Source of the DNA: a virus
Virus record (IMG/VR): IMGVR_UViG_3300042939_000511
Coordinates: 1-64,000 of that record
Strand: one strand, 5' to 3'
DNA: 64,000 nucleotides
Below are positions 44,235 to 54,849 of the stretch, piece after piece. Numbering within the stretch: the stretch's first letter is position 1; every line of letters begins with the position of its first letter. The notes beneath the pieces were generated by a model, which did not search any database, was not told the origin of the DNA, and saw only the letters and a list, made by a program, of their open reading frames with translations. Position numbers and translations under genes: made by a program.

Positions 44235-44609
44235 ATGGCCAGTAAGATATTTAAGCGCAAAATACCTGTTTCAATTTACAGCAGGTACGCAAATCTTTGT
44301 GTTGTAAAGAACATGGAAGATATGCAGGCTCAACTTGACAAGAAGTGCAACGGAATGATAGACGTGATGGACGCAGACGGTGTTGTTTTTGAGTTGTTTA
44401 GTTCTAAAGGGCATGAATATTACATAGTTCTGGTTGAAGAACAGCTTTCTCACAATCTCATTGCGCACGAGGTTTTTCACCTTGCTGTAAAGATGACTTC
44501 TGACATTGAAATAAAAGATGAAGAGTCTACAGCATGGCTTATAGGATATCTTACAGAAGAAGTATACAAGGTGTTGAAATCTAAAAACTACAACATCAAA
44601 GAACAATGA
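44235..44609 (+). CDS. small HExxH-motif protein (putative mini zinc metallopeptidase)
   Basis: NLIAHEVFHLAV. The stop overlaps the start of the 1555-aa gene. Confidence 0.4.
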   Translation: MASKIFKRKIPVSIYSRYANLCVVKNMEDMQAQLDKKCNGMIDVMDADGVVFELFSSKGHEYYIVLVEEQLSHNLIAHEVFHLAVKMTSDIEIKDEESTAWLIGYLTEEVYKVLKSKNYNIKEQ

Positions 44610-47600
44610 GCGAGAACTTTAGCAAAAGCAGTGTAACTGAGACGAACAGTTTTCACAAAGGTATGGTCAAAGACTATACTGACATTTATATGTCAGAGGG
44701 GCTTTGGCTTAACGCTGTGAATGCTATCAACAACTCTCATTATGGAGAGTCAGGCTCTATTGGAAACGAACCTTCTAATGAGTTTTGTGCTACTGTTCCT
44801 TACAGCATTATAGGTTTTGCCAATATTTCTCAGACCCGCTGGGTGATATTTTCTACCAATGACAGTTCTTCAGAGATAGGAATTTTTGATGAAAGTGACT
44901 GCAGTTACTCGTTAGTTGTTAACGCAGCATGTCTTAATTTCAAAAAAACACACATGATTAGTGCAGTAGTCAAAGGTAACTATGACTGTACTACTTCTGT
45001 ATATTTTGCAGACAACCTGAATCCTGATCGTGTTCTGAATCTTGATCGTGTGCCATACAAGGTAATAGGAGATGCAAATCCTGATCCTAATTGCTATGAA
45101 CCACTTTATTCAGAAGAGCTGGACTGTGACGCGTTAAGACTTCATCCTTTGGTTACACAACCTTGTGTGAATGTTAGCAAGGCTCAAGGTGCCGGTCAGC
45201 TGAACAATGGTAGTTATATAGCATGTGTAGCTTATTCTGAAAATGGAGTGCGTCTTACAGACTATTCTATTCCAAGCAATCCCCAAGCTATTTGGGATCA
45301 CTCAGGTATTGGTGGTTCTATTGACATTACTGTTACAAATCTTGACCAGAATTTTGAGGAATATGAATTGGTAGTAATAGCTGTTGTCAACCAACAGACT
45401 ATAGCCAAAAAGATTGGATATTACTCTATACGACAAAGCAAAGTTACGCTTGATCTGTTTTTGCAAAGTCTGCCAACAGTTGACATTGGTCAGATACCAC
45501 TTAAATCTGTGGTATATGAGAAGAGTGAAAAAATGTTTGAGGTAAACGACTATCTCATCAGAACTGGTGTTACTACACAACCATATTTTAACTATCAGCC
45601 TTTAGCAAATCAGATTAGAGCTTCATGGGTAGCCGCTGAGTATCCTGCTGACTATTACTGGGGTGGAGGAAATACTGTTGGTTACATGCGAGATGAAGTG
45701 TACCCATTTTTTATACGTTGGGTATACAGAACTGGTGCGCGTTCAGCATCTTATCATATACCAGGACGTGCAGCTAATTCACTTGACACAACTACTGTTT
45801 CTGGTCCAGACTTACTGACACCTTCTCAAAACAAGGTGTGGCAGGTGTATGATACTTCTACAAGGTACAACGCCGGTGGAACAACAGCTGATGGCGGCGT
45901 TATTATTGCTAAGGGTGACATGGCATACTGGGAGTCTACAGAGCGTTATCCTGATGACAAAGAACCTGTTTGGGACACATTATGTGGCAAACCTATTAGG
46001 CACCACAAAATGCCTTCTAATGAAACAATTCACATTCACAATCAAGGAGGTACAAAAATTATCGTTCTTGGTGTTGAGTTTTACAATATTGCGCACCCTG
46101 TAGATGAAAACAATCAGCCAATAACAGACATTATTGGTTATGAGATTCTGAGAGGTTCGCGTGAAGGCAACCGTACTATTGTTGCAAAAGGCTTGTTTAA
46201 CAACATGCTGGAGTATAATCTTGCAGGTAACAACTCAAGAAAAGGCCTTATTCAGAACTATCCTTATAATGATCTGCGTCCAGATAACTTTCTGACAGAT
46301 GATTATTCTGTTTTAGATAGTGGCAGTGCTAACTCAGGCACAATTGAATCAGCATCAAAGCTCTCTAACTACAAAAGAGATATTTTTTCTTTTCACTCTC
46401 CTGAGACAAATTTTGTAAAACCTTACCTGGGTGGAAACTACGTAAAGCTTTACACAGAAGAGAGAGGCACTGTAACAGGCCGCTATGAATTTCCAGACAA
46501 ACACCCCAAACATGTATTGCTTTCAGACGGAGCTTTTGCTATTGCAGCAGTTGTTGGAGCTGGTATAGCGCTACTAAATGCTCTTGGTAAAACAACTTAT
46601 TCAGGTACAGTTGAAGCAGGAGTTGTAGTTGCAGGTGTTTCTACAGGATCTTCAACAGAGTCTGGACCTGCTACTATTATACCTGCGCTTATCGCAGGAG
46701 CAGTTCAAAATCCTGTAGGCGCTGGTGTTAATATTATTGGTGTTGGACTATTGGCAGCAAGCAGTCTTTACTATTTTGGTCAAGGAATAGACCAGGTTTT
46801 AGAAGTTTTGAGAAACTTGTCTAAAGATCGCCAGTACATGCTGCAGTACAATTCTCATGGATTTTACTCTAGTTTTTCTAATGTGAGTAATAGTTCTGTG
46901 CCAGGAGGATTACAGAAGTCTATTAGACGTCGAATTGTACCATCATCTGCCAAGTATGTAGGATCAGGCTTGCACGATTTTGATGCAACATATAGGATTA
47001 ACAATCTTAATCGCAACAAGTATGTAGCATTAAAACTTTTATCAACTGTGTCAGACCCTGTGAGTGGACAAGATAATACAAAGCATAGAGTAAAAGATGG
47101 TGGTGTTACTCACCGTGAACCTTTGAAAAATGAAATCACCACAACTACTGTTGCTTATTACGGTGCTGTAAAGGTAGATTTTCAAAACCAATATGGTCAG
47201 TTAAGTTTAGTTGTACAGCTTCCTACAGGATCATGTGTGTTTTTAACCTCAAGTGAAACAGAGCAAAAATTTATATCAGGTCCAATTTTTGGCGGAGATG
47301 TGTACATAAATCGTTACACAGAAAAGAATCCTTACATGTTCTTTAACACCTGGATGTATGACATGCCAAATAGGACTGAGTATGATTATCGCAACTATGT
47401 TAATGGTCCTGCACCACGCTATTGGGTTAATTTTGAGAAGTATGACGCACAGGACTTTAACATAAGCGTTTTTCCAAATGGTATTTTTACATTACCTATA
47501 ATTGATGTTAACACACCAAGTGACTTTCATCGCTTAGATCGTCCAAGTTCTATAACAGGGGTTTTGACAGTAAGAAATAGTTATGCGTATTTGTTTCACA

Positions 47601-49273
47601 ATGGCGTGAGAGATTTCTTTACAGAGAGTGAGCTAAACATGGCGTACCGCGACTATGGTCAGGAACCTTATGAGAAATTCTATGATGTTTATGGAAACTC
47701 CTTTAATGATTTGAGCACAATGTTCAGATCTGATCTTATTACAAAACCAATCTTTTTTAAGTATGACTTATCTCTCAGCGCATCAAAACTTTTCAACAAC
47801 TTTGCATCCTGGGCTTCTATACTCCCCCGTGACTACGACCCTAGGCTATACACCACATGCTTTGAATATTACCCTGATAGAGGAATATACTCCCTCCAAC
47901 AGCAGTCTGGACTTAGACGAGATAATTGGAGAAATTATCTTGCGCTTAACTACAAAGACTTCTCAGGAAAAATAAGTACAATTAAGAATCTTAATGCTAC
48001 AGGCGCTATGATTCTTTTTGAGGATGCTGAACCTGTAATGTTTGTAGGTGTAGATCAGCTTCAGACAACAGGGGGTGTCAAACTGACCATTGGTGATGGA
48101 GGTCTGTTTCAAGGAAACATGCAAGCCATTGTTAATGCTGATGACACCATTGGATATGCAAGTAGCATATCATCTAGAGCAGCGGTTAACACACCTCACG
48201 GTTTATTTTTTGTTTCACAGCAGTCTGGTAAAATCATGCAGTATGCTGGAGGAATAACAGAAATTTCACGCAATGGCATGAAATTTTGGTTTAATGAAAA
48301 TCTTCCTAGCAAGTTTTTAAAAGCATATCCTGAGTACCCATATTATGACAACCCTGTTGTAGGTATTGGTGTACAAGCTGTATATGATCCACAATATGAA
48401 CTTGTGTATTTTACAAAGCGTGACTATGTGCCGTTGAGAAACGACCTGCTGTTTGATGATCCTTCAGGTGTGCCTTACTTTGTGACTGTGTCTGGTTCTG
48501 GAAACAATCCTGTAATCACCAAAACTTTTTGCACTTTTGACAATCCTGCTGTATTCAAGCCTTGTCACTGGACAGTGAGTTATGATCCTAAAAATAAGCA
48601 GTGGATAAGTTTTCATGATTGGAAACCAACTCTGTTAATACCTTCCTTTAGACATTTTCTTTCAGTCAAAGACAACGCTATTTGGAGGCACAACAACCGC
48701 TGGGATAGCTATTGCAATTACTATGGCACAAACTACGCATGGGAAATTGAGTATCCTGTAGTTACGCCAAACGCTGTAACCACGCTTAGAAGTGTAGAAT
48801 ACACCTTGGATGTTTACAAGTTTTACAATGACGGGAAAGATTTTCATCATGTTATTGATGAGAATTTTGACAGGGCTGTGCTTTACAATTCTGAGCAGAT
48901 TTCAGGACTTCTTAAATTAAGAATTAAAGGCAAGAATGCTCCTTTAGACTTGGTCAACTACCCACAAATTTCTACCAGTGGTATAGAGATTCTGTTTTCA
49001 AAAGAAGAAAACAAGTATAGGTTTAATCAGTTTTGGGATGTTACAAAAGATCGCGGTGAGTTTAGCACTTCGCGCACTTCTATGTGGAACACAGAGTGCG
49101 CTGGTGTTCAGAAGATTATCAACCCTGACTACATTGATTACTTTAAGTCACCACTTGAACACAAGAAGTTTCGTCACTATGGTAACAACATTATCTTGCG
49201 CAAAAATGTCAGCGGTGACAAAAAGATGGTATTAAAACTCACAAATAGCAAGCACATCAACAGCTCAAGGTGA
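44606..49273 (+). CDS. giant virion protein (1555 aa; tail/baseplate component candidate)
   Basis: Uninterrupted 4.7-kb ORF. Includes a Gly/Ala/Val-rich hydrophobic stretch ([17 protein letters not shown]...[10 protein letters not shown]). Confidence 0.55.
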   Translation: MSENFSKSSVTETNSFHKGMVKDYTDIYMSEGLWLNAVNAINNSHYGESGSIGNEPSNEFCATVPYSIIGFANISQTRWVIFSTNDSSSEIGIFDESDCSYSLVVNAACLNFKKTHMISAVVKGNYDCTTSVYFADNLNPDRVLNLDRVPYKVIGDANPDPNCYEPLYSEELDCDALRLHPLVTQPCVNVSKAQGAGQLNNGSYIACVAYSENGVRLTDYSIPSNPQAIWDHSGIGGSIDITVTNLDQNFEEYELVVIAVVNQQTIAKKIGYYSIRQSKVTLDLFLQSLPTVDIGQIPLKSVVYEKSEKMFEVNDYLIRTGVTTQPYFNYQPLANQIRASWVAAEYPADYYWGGGNTVGYMRDEVYPFFIRWVYRTGARSASYHIPGRAANSLDTTTVSGPDLLTPSQNKVWQVYDTSTRYNAGGTTADGGVIIAKGDMAYWESTERYPDDKEPVWDTLCGKPIRHHKMPSNETIHIHNQGGTKIIVLGVEFYNIAHPVDENNQPITDIIGYEILRGSREGNRTIVAKGLFNNMLEYNLAGNNSRKGLIQNYPYNDLRPDNFLTDDYSVLDSGSANSGTIESASKLSNYKRDIFSFHSPETNFVKPYLGGNYVKLYTEERGTVTGRYEFPDKHPKHVLLSDGAFAIAAVVGAGIALLNALGKTTYSGTVEAGVVVAGVSTGSSTESGPATIIPALIAGAVQNPVGAGVNIIGVGLLAASSLYYFGQGIDQVLEVLRNLSKDRQYMLQYNSHGFYSSFSNVSNSSVPGGLQKSIRRRIVPSSAKYVGSGLHDFDATYRINNLNRNKYVALKLLSTVSDPVSGQDNTKHRVKDGGVTHREPLKNEITTTTVAYYGAVKVDFQNQYGQLSLVVQLPTGSCVFLTSSETEQKFISGPIFGGDVYINRYTEKNPYMFFNTWMYDMPNRTEYDYRNYVNGPAPRYWVNFEKYDAQDFNISVFPNGIFTLPIIDVNTPSDFHRLDRPSSITGVLTVRNSYAYLFHNGVRDFFTESELNMAYRDYGQEPYEKFYDVYGNSFNDLSTMFRSDLITKPIFFKYDLSLSASKLFNNFASWASILPRDYDPRLYTTCFEYYPDRGIYSLQQQSGLRRDNWRNYLALNYKDFSGKISTIKNLNATGAMILFEDAEPVMFVGVDQLQTTGGVKLTIGDGGLFQGNMQAIVNADDTIGYASSISSRAAVNTPHGLFFVSQQSGKIMQYAGGITEISRNGMKFWFNENLPSKFLKAYPEYPYYDNPVVGIGVQAVYDPQYELVYFTKRDYVPLRNDLLFDDPSGVPYFVTVSGSGNNPVITKTFCTFDNPAVFKPCHWTVSYDPKNKQWISFHDWKPTLLIPSFRHFLSVKDNAIWRHNNRWDSYCNYYGTNYAWEIEYPVVTPNAVTTLRSVEYTLDVYKFYNDGKDFHHVIDENFDRAVLYNSEQISGLLKLRIKGKNAPLDLVNYPQISTSGIEILFSKEENKYRFNQFWDVTKDRGEFSTSRTSMWNTECAGVQKIINPDYIDYFKSPLEHKKFRHYGNNIILRKNVSGDKKMVLKLTNSKHINSSR

Positions 49274-52200
49274 TGAAAAATAGCAAGGATATACTCATGA
49301 AGTTTATATCCACTCAAGGGTATAAGCGCAATAGTCCTGATGTTAACAGGCCACTAAATGTTATTCCTTCTGGTAGAATAACCATGCAGGATGTTGACTT
49401 TCCTGTGAGAGGTGTTGATAACTTAGGTAATGAAATGTTCATGGTACCTGGAGGAGAGTATTTCTTTCCAGGCGATTATGTTGTAGAAACACCTATGATG
49501 CAACGTGGTGGGCAAACCAACAACGACCGTGAAATGGTAGAGGGTATTGCTGATATCCTTACCATGGTAAAAGATCCTGTAAACCGTCGCCAGATTGCAG
49601 CAGAAATGGTGCGTGACTTCAAACGCGAAGGTGTAAAGTATGACCTTCAGGAGTTTCAGAAGATGGCTCAGGTGCGCATGCAAGGTGGCGGCCAGCTTAC
49701 CATGGAAGATCTTAGACAAAGGGCTTTGGCACAATCTGCGCCAAGAGTAGACAACACCAGGATTGTTTCTCAAAAACGTATTGTAAAACAAGAAGCAGAA
49801 AATCCTCTTGACATATTTCCTTTTGTTAAAAACGTTGGTATAGATACAGGTATTGATCAGATACCATACGCAAGTGTTATGATGGGTGCCAAAGCGCTGA
49901 ATCAAGGAAGACCTTGGACAGCACTAAGTGAGTTTGCAAAAGTTCCTTTGGGATGGATTGGAGATGCTGGTATAAATGCACTTCAGGAAAATCCTACAAA
50001 ATACAGTATTAATGCATTAGAAGATAGTGTGATACCTTTTGCAAGACTGGTTAAAGGTGCAAATTTTGGAACAGGTGAGTCTATTGTCACTCGTGTAGGC
50101 AAACAAATTATGTCAAGTGGTGAAAAACCTGATTCAAAATGGTATGCACGCAGCTTTAACTTGCCAGGACTTTATGAAGCTGCGAAAACTTATGGTGTAG
50201 ACAACAACACTTTTACAAAATTTGTTGAAGACAACTGGGAAAATGCAGGTGGTGACTACAAGCAAATACTTGAGTTAGCAAAAACAAATTTACTTAAAAA
50301 ACAAAAAGGTGGTCAGCACGGTGGACTGGATCGTTGGTTTGCTGAAAAGTGGGTAGACATCAAAACAGGCAAAGAGTGTGGAAGACAAGAAGGTGAAAAG
50401 CGCGCGGGTTATCCTGCGTGCAGACCCTCAAAACGCGTCTCAGAAGACACACCCAAGACAACTTCTGAACTAAGCAGTTCAGAAAAAGAAAAGTTCAAGC
50501 GTTCTAAAACTTCAAGTGAAAGAATCTCCTACCAGCATAAGCGTAAGCAGGATGGTGGAGAGTGGCTTGACAAGTATGAGAATACAAAGGGAAACAGACA
50601 GAAGGTTGACCAACTTTTTGGTCCACCTGCTGCCGGCAACGTAGACTATGTTCCTGCAGTAGAATCTGTAGTGGGAGGTTTTTCAGCAGGTCTTGCAAAA
50701 AGTGCATTAGCGCCTGTTGTAAAGTCAAACTTACAAAGTCTGCAAAAGTACATGGAGATGCAAGATAGTCCTTTTGCAAAAATTGATCTTCCTGTTTTTA
50801 ATGAGGCAAAGAACTGGTTAAACAAATATGACGAAGGTGGCGCTATTTATACTGTAAAAAAAGGTGATACTTTGAGCAAAATTGCAGCTGAAAATAAAAC
50901 CACTGTTAACAAAATTGTTCAGGCCAACAACATTAAGAATCCAAACATTATAGGCATTGACCAAAAACTTGTTATTCCTCAAGGTTCATCTGTAAACAAT
51001 GCGCAAACAGGTAGTACTCAATATGTAGATTGGAGTGAAAAAAAGAAAAATCTTGACAGACTTAACAATTTACCTGATGAGCAACTGATAACAGGATTTT
51101 ATAGCGACAAACCTGAACAAACATATCTTGTTGTAGACAAGAAAAACGCACAAATGAAAGTCTATAAAGGAGATAAGGTTGTAAAAACCTATGAAGTGGG
51201 TGTAGGCGCAAATCCTGGAGATGCTCAAACTGTAACAAAAATAGTTAATGGTAAAGCTGATTGGAGTGCTGGCAACAAATCAACAGGAGCTGGTGCATAC
51301 ACTATCTCAAACATTGATCCCGCAAGTAAGGCATATTATGGCCTTCCATCTTTTAATTTGAAAAATGACAGAGGCATAGAAGTTGCAACTACTATTCACG
51401 GAACACCTGCAGGAAGAAGGTCAAGATTTGACAATAATAATGTGGAAGACAACAGAATGAGCTATGGTTGCATTAATGGAAAATGTTTTGATCTGAAAGA
51501 TTTACAACAGCATGTAGATATTGAGACACCTGTTTATGTATTACCTGAAGATGAAGGAAATCGTTTTCAAATTGTAGATGGAAAACCTGTTCTCAAGGTA
51601 TCTGCTCAAAATCGCGCCAAATACAATAGTTACGTTGATGCTACAGGAAAAGTACAAAAAGGGCAAGGAGCAAATCAAAGTGTTAATACACTTTCATACA
51701 GTCCTATAAAAGCTGTTTTTGATGAAAACAAATTTAAAGAGAAAGTATTTTCTTGGAATGATTTAAATGATGAAAAAGAATATGTGCAAACAACAAAACC
51801 TTTTTACAATGCTTTAGTGAAGTACAAACAAAGCATTATGAAAAATGCAAAAATTCCTTCAGATGTGTATAATGAACTTGCGCGAATGGCATTTGGCATT
51901 TATGGTACAGAATCTAATTTTGGAGACACTCACAGTACTGTTGGAAATTTTGCAAGAGCTAGTGCTAAATTCATAGATTCTAAAAACTCAAGTTCGCCAG
52001 ACTACAAGTCAAAAGCTACTACTTATGGTGCAAACGAAGATTCAAGAAGTGTTGGTTTGACACAAATACGATGGAACTATTTGAATAAAGATGAAAAACA
52101 GGTTCTAAATTCTTTAGGTATTACATCAAACATGGATTTTATGGATCCTGAAAAAGCAGCAATAGGTACTGTTGCATTGTTAGGTGTAAGATATAATCAG

Positions 52201-52377
52201 CAGTTAACAGATGATCAAAAACGCGATATTTGGTCACACTTACCAAGTAAATGGAACAGGCGTGGAAATTACAGTGATCGTGTAAAACAAAATGCAAGCT
52301 ATCTTAATTTTAAAGAAGCAACCAATAAACGTCAAACAGGTGGTCAGACAAATTGGTTGGACAACTATACCGACTAA
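49270..52377 (+). CDS. virion-associated peptidoglycan-remodelling protein: LysM + L,D-transpeptidase (YkuD) + lytic transglycosylase (SLT) domains
   Basis: LysM: [39 protein letters not shown]. YkuD: TIHGTP..RRS...SYGCING. SLT: [11 protein letters not shown]...SVGLTQIRW. Confidence 0.65.
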   Translation: MMKNSKDILMKFISTQGYKRNSPDVNRPLNVIPSGRITMQDVDFPVRGVDNLGNEMFMVPGGEYFFPGDYVVETPMMQRGGQTNNDREMVEGIADILTMVKDPVNRRQIAAEMVRDFKREGVKYDLQEFQKMAQVRMQGGGQLTMEDLRQRALAQSAPRVDNTRIVSQKRIVKQEAENPLDIFPFVKNVGIDTGIDQIPYASVMMGAKALNQGRPWTALSEFAKVPLGWIGDAGINALQENPTKYSINALEDSVIPFARLVKGANFGTGESIVTRVGKQIMSSGEKPDSKWYARSFNLPGLYEAAKTYGVDNNTFTKFVEDNWENAGGDYKQILELAKTNLLKKQKGGQHGGLDRWFAEKWVDIKTGKECGRQEGEKRAGYPACRPSKRVSEDTPKTTSELSSSEKEKFKRSKTSSERISYQHKRKQDGGEWLDKYENTKGNRQKVDQLFGPPAAGNVDYVPAVESVVGGFSAGLAKSALAPVVKSNLQSLQKYMEMQDSPFAKIDLPVFNEAKNWLNKYDEGGAIYTVKKGDTLSKIAAENKTTVNKIVQANNIKNPNIIGIDQKLVIPQGSSVNNAQTGSTQYVDWSEKKKNLDRLNNLPDEQLITGFYSDKPEQTYLVVDKKNAQMKVYKGDKVVKTYEVGVGANPGDAQTVTKIVNGKADWSAGNKSTGAGAYTISNIDPASKAYYGLPSFNLKNDRGIEVATTIHGTPAGRRSRFDNNNVEDNRMSYGCINGKCFDLKDLQQHVDIETPVYVLPEDEGNRFQIVDGKPVLKVSAQNRAKYNSYVDATGKVQKGQGANQSVNTLSYSPIKAVFDENKFKEKVFSWNDLNDEKEYVQTTKPFYNALVKYKQSIMKNAKIPSDVYNELARMAFGIYGTESNFGDTHSTVGNFARASAKFIDSKNSSSPDYKSKATTYGANEDSRSVGLTQIRWNYLNKDEKQVLNSLGITSNMDFMDPEKAAIGTVALLGVRYNQQLTDDQKRDIWSHLPSKWNRRGNYSDRVKQNASYLNFKEATNKRQTGGQTNWLDNYTD

Positions 52378-52433
52378 GTACCGACTAAGTACCGACTAAG
52401 TACCGACTAAGTAACAATTAAGTACCGACTAAG
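52368..52433 (+). repeat. 6 tandem 11-bp units (TACCGACTAAG x5 perfect, 1 degenerate TAACAATTAAG) spanning the upstream stop codon to the downstream ATG
   Basis: Read directly. The first unit encodes ..TD* of the 1035-aa protein. The last unit abuts the ATG at 52434. Confidence 0.8.
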
Positions 52434-54743
52434 ATGAAAGCACAATTTTTAAAAATAGCTGGTGTAAACTCTGAAAAAGAGTTTTACCAAAAGTATCCTA
52501 CGGAAGAGTCATTCTTTGCTGCACATCCTGAAGCAAACATGATGAAAAATGGTGGCAATGTGCCCACCAATCCTGAACTGTGGAGCAGGGCAAAAGCTGC
52601 TGCCAAAGCAAAGTACGACGTGTACCCTTCAGCTTACGCAAATGGTTTTGCTGCCAAGTGGTATAAAGAACGTGGTGGTGGATGGCGCAAAGCAGAAATG
52701 GGTGGTTGCATGGAATGCGGTGGACAGATGTCTCAAGGTGGTCCTATTGCAGAATACAGTGTAAACCCAATGGAGATGTTTTACCAGGAGGGTGGTCAAA
52801 ATGACCAAATGTATCAGAGTGGTCAGGAACAACCTGACTTGAGTGCTACAATTGGTGAGATTTCAAAGATGATCATGCAGGGCGATGACCCCAACGAGAT
52901 CTATGGCATGCTTATAGAAAACGGTGTGGAAGAAGACTATGCTCTAGACATCTTAGAAGAAGCCATGGAAGGTCTTGAAGAGACAGACATGGAAGAAGAA
53001 GATGTTCCTATGAACAATGATGAAATGCAGGAGTTTGAAGACCAAGAAGAGCAAATGATGCAGGAGCAAGTTGCAGAAGATGATGAAGAACTTTATTCTA
53101 TAGATTCTGCAGAAAAAATGCGTGATGGTGGTTCTATCAAAATTAATCCTGCTAAAAAAGGTACTTTCAAAGCACAGGCCACCAAAATGGGCATGAGCGT
53201 ACAGGAAGCTGCAGACTACATTTTGCGTCACAAAGAAAAGTACTCACCTGCTATGGTAAAGAAAGCAAACTTTGCTAAAAACTTTGCTAGAGAACTTGGT
53301 GGTGAAATTTATGATTTGACCCAGTATAAAGACGGCGGTGGCATTCCTCAGCGCTACCGTACTATGGGTTTCACAAAAGTAGGTGCTAAAAGAAAGTCAA
53401 CGCGTCCTGGTAAAAAGTGGATGGTGCTTGCAAAGAAAGGTGACCAGTACAAGGTGGTGCATGGTGGTTGGAAGGGCATGAAAGATTTTACACAACATCG
53501 CAATCCTAAACGCAAAGAGCGTTTTTGGGATCGCATGGGTGGTAGAGATTCTTCAAAAGCAAAGGATCCTTTTTCTCCGCTGTATTGGCACAAGCGTTTT
53601 GGCACCTGGGCAGAAGGTGGTGAACCTCAGAATGCAGGTTTTCAGGCACTACCAGAAGCAGTTCAAAATAAGATTTTGAGAAACATGGCTCAGCAGGGTG
53701 GTGCAATGACTACAAGTTATGAGAACACTCTTGCAAATCTCACTCCAAATGCTTTGAATAAAAATCTTGTGACTGCAAACACCTTGGCTGATCCTCGCAA
53801 TATGATATGGGCATTACCAAATAGAGGATTTTTAGGAACACTTAAAGGTATTGCAGGAGCTGCTGCAGGTCTTTCTGGAGCAGCATTAGGTTACAGTAAA
53901 CTGCTTGGTGTAAACAATAATCCTTATAGTCAAACTGTAAAATTTCAAGCAGGTGGTCAAAAAGCTAAAACATTTCAAGAATGGGCTGCAGAAAATCCTG
54001 TATTTAGACGTAATGATATTGCAGGTTATCAGAACTACTTAAACTCTTTTATAGGTTCTTTGAACATTAGTGCTCCTGAAGGACAATCGCCAAGAACAAG
54101 TTCTGTAACACCTATGACACCTTTGTCTGTTTCACAAGTATCTGCGCCTGAATTATCTAATTCAGGAATTGCAATGCCTCAGATTGCTCCTCCAAACATG
54201 TTTCAGCAGCTTCAGAGAACTCCTTCAATTGTCACTAGTCCTTTGGCAAATGTTCCTGTAACACCGCAAGTGTCAAAGATACCAATGCGTCAAATTACAC
54301 AGATTCCGGTACCTGAACCACAGATCAAGACTCAAAATCCTTACGTACAATTACCACAAACGCAGCAAGTAACTTATGGTGATCCATTTGGACAGATTGC
54401 TGCCAATAATGCTCTTGCGGGTTTTGGCATGCTGAATGATGTTCTTAGTGAACGTAATTATGCCAAAGAATATGAAGAGATGTTGCGCAGAACAGGAAAT
54501 ACTGACAATCGCTATAATGCATCAAATTCTGTTAATCCTTTTGGAAATTATACACTAAACGCAGGTCCTGCTAGTAATTTTGCTTTGGTTGCTAACACTC
54601 CTATTCAAGACTTTGGTACAAGCATGGCATCAGCAAAATATGGAGGAACAAGTTCTTACAAAGAAGGTGGTGAGTATTACATGTCAGAAGATGAAATTGA
54701 AGCTATTTTAGCCAATGGTGGAGAAGTAGAATACATTGACTAA
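52434..54743 (+). CDS. large virion protein (769 aa, Glu/Gln-rich)
   Basis: Long ORF. Acidic EEDVPMNNDEMQEFEDQEEQMMQEQ tract. Confidence 0.5.
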   Translation: MKAQFLKIAGVNSEKEFYQKYPTEESFFAAHPEANMMKNGGNVPTNPELWSRAKAAAKAKYDVYPSAYANGFAAKWYKERGGGWRKAEMGGCMECGGQMSQGGPIAEYSVNPMEMFYQEGGQNDQMYQSGQEQPDLSATIGEISKMIMQGDDPNEIYGMLIENGVEEDYALDILEEAMEGLEETDMEEEDVPMNNDEMQEFEDQEEQMMQEQVAEDDEELYSIDSAEKMRDGGSIKINPAKKGTFKAQATKMGMSVQEAADYILRHKEKYSPAMVKKANFAKNFARELGGEIYDLTQYKDGGGIPQRYRTMGFTKVGAKRKSTRPGKKWMVLAKKGDQYKVVHGGWKGMKDFTQHRNPKRKERFWDRMGGRDSSKAKDPFSPLYWHKRFGTWAEGGEPQNAGFQALPEAVQNKILRNMAQQGGAMTTSYENTLANLTPNALNKNLVTANTLADPRNMIWALPNRGFLGTLKGIAGAAAGLSGAALGYSKLLGVNNNPYSQTVKFQAGGQKAKTFQEWAAENPVFRRNDIAGYQNYLNSFIGSLNISAPEGQSPRTSSVTPMTPLSVSQVSAPELSNSGIAMPQIAPPNMFQQLQRTPSIVTSPLANVPVTPQVSKIPMRQITQIPVPEPQIKTQNPYVQLPQTQQVTYGDPFGQIAANNALAGFGMLNDVLSERNYAKEYEEMLRRTGNTDNRYNASNSVNPFGNYTLNAGPASNFALVANTPIQDFGTSMASAKYGGTSSYKEGGEYYMSEDEIEAILANGGEVEYID

Positions 54744-54791
54744 TCACTGCATTTTTAAGTCCTCTATGTTAGGAAAAACAGAATTAAATTC

Positions 54792-54812
54792 GTAAATTCT
54801 AAATGTAGGAGG
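54792..54812 (+). promoter_or_regulatory. late-gene motif GTAAATTCTAAATGTAGGAGG
   Basis: 38 nt upstream of the ATG at 54850. Confidence 0.4.
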
Positions 54813-54849
54813 TTTAAGGTCACACAAGTTTAAACTTCAAAAGTTTATC

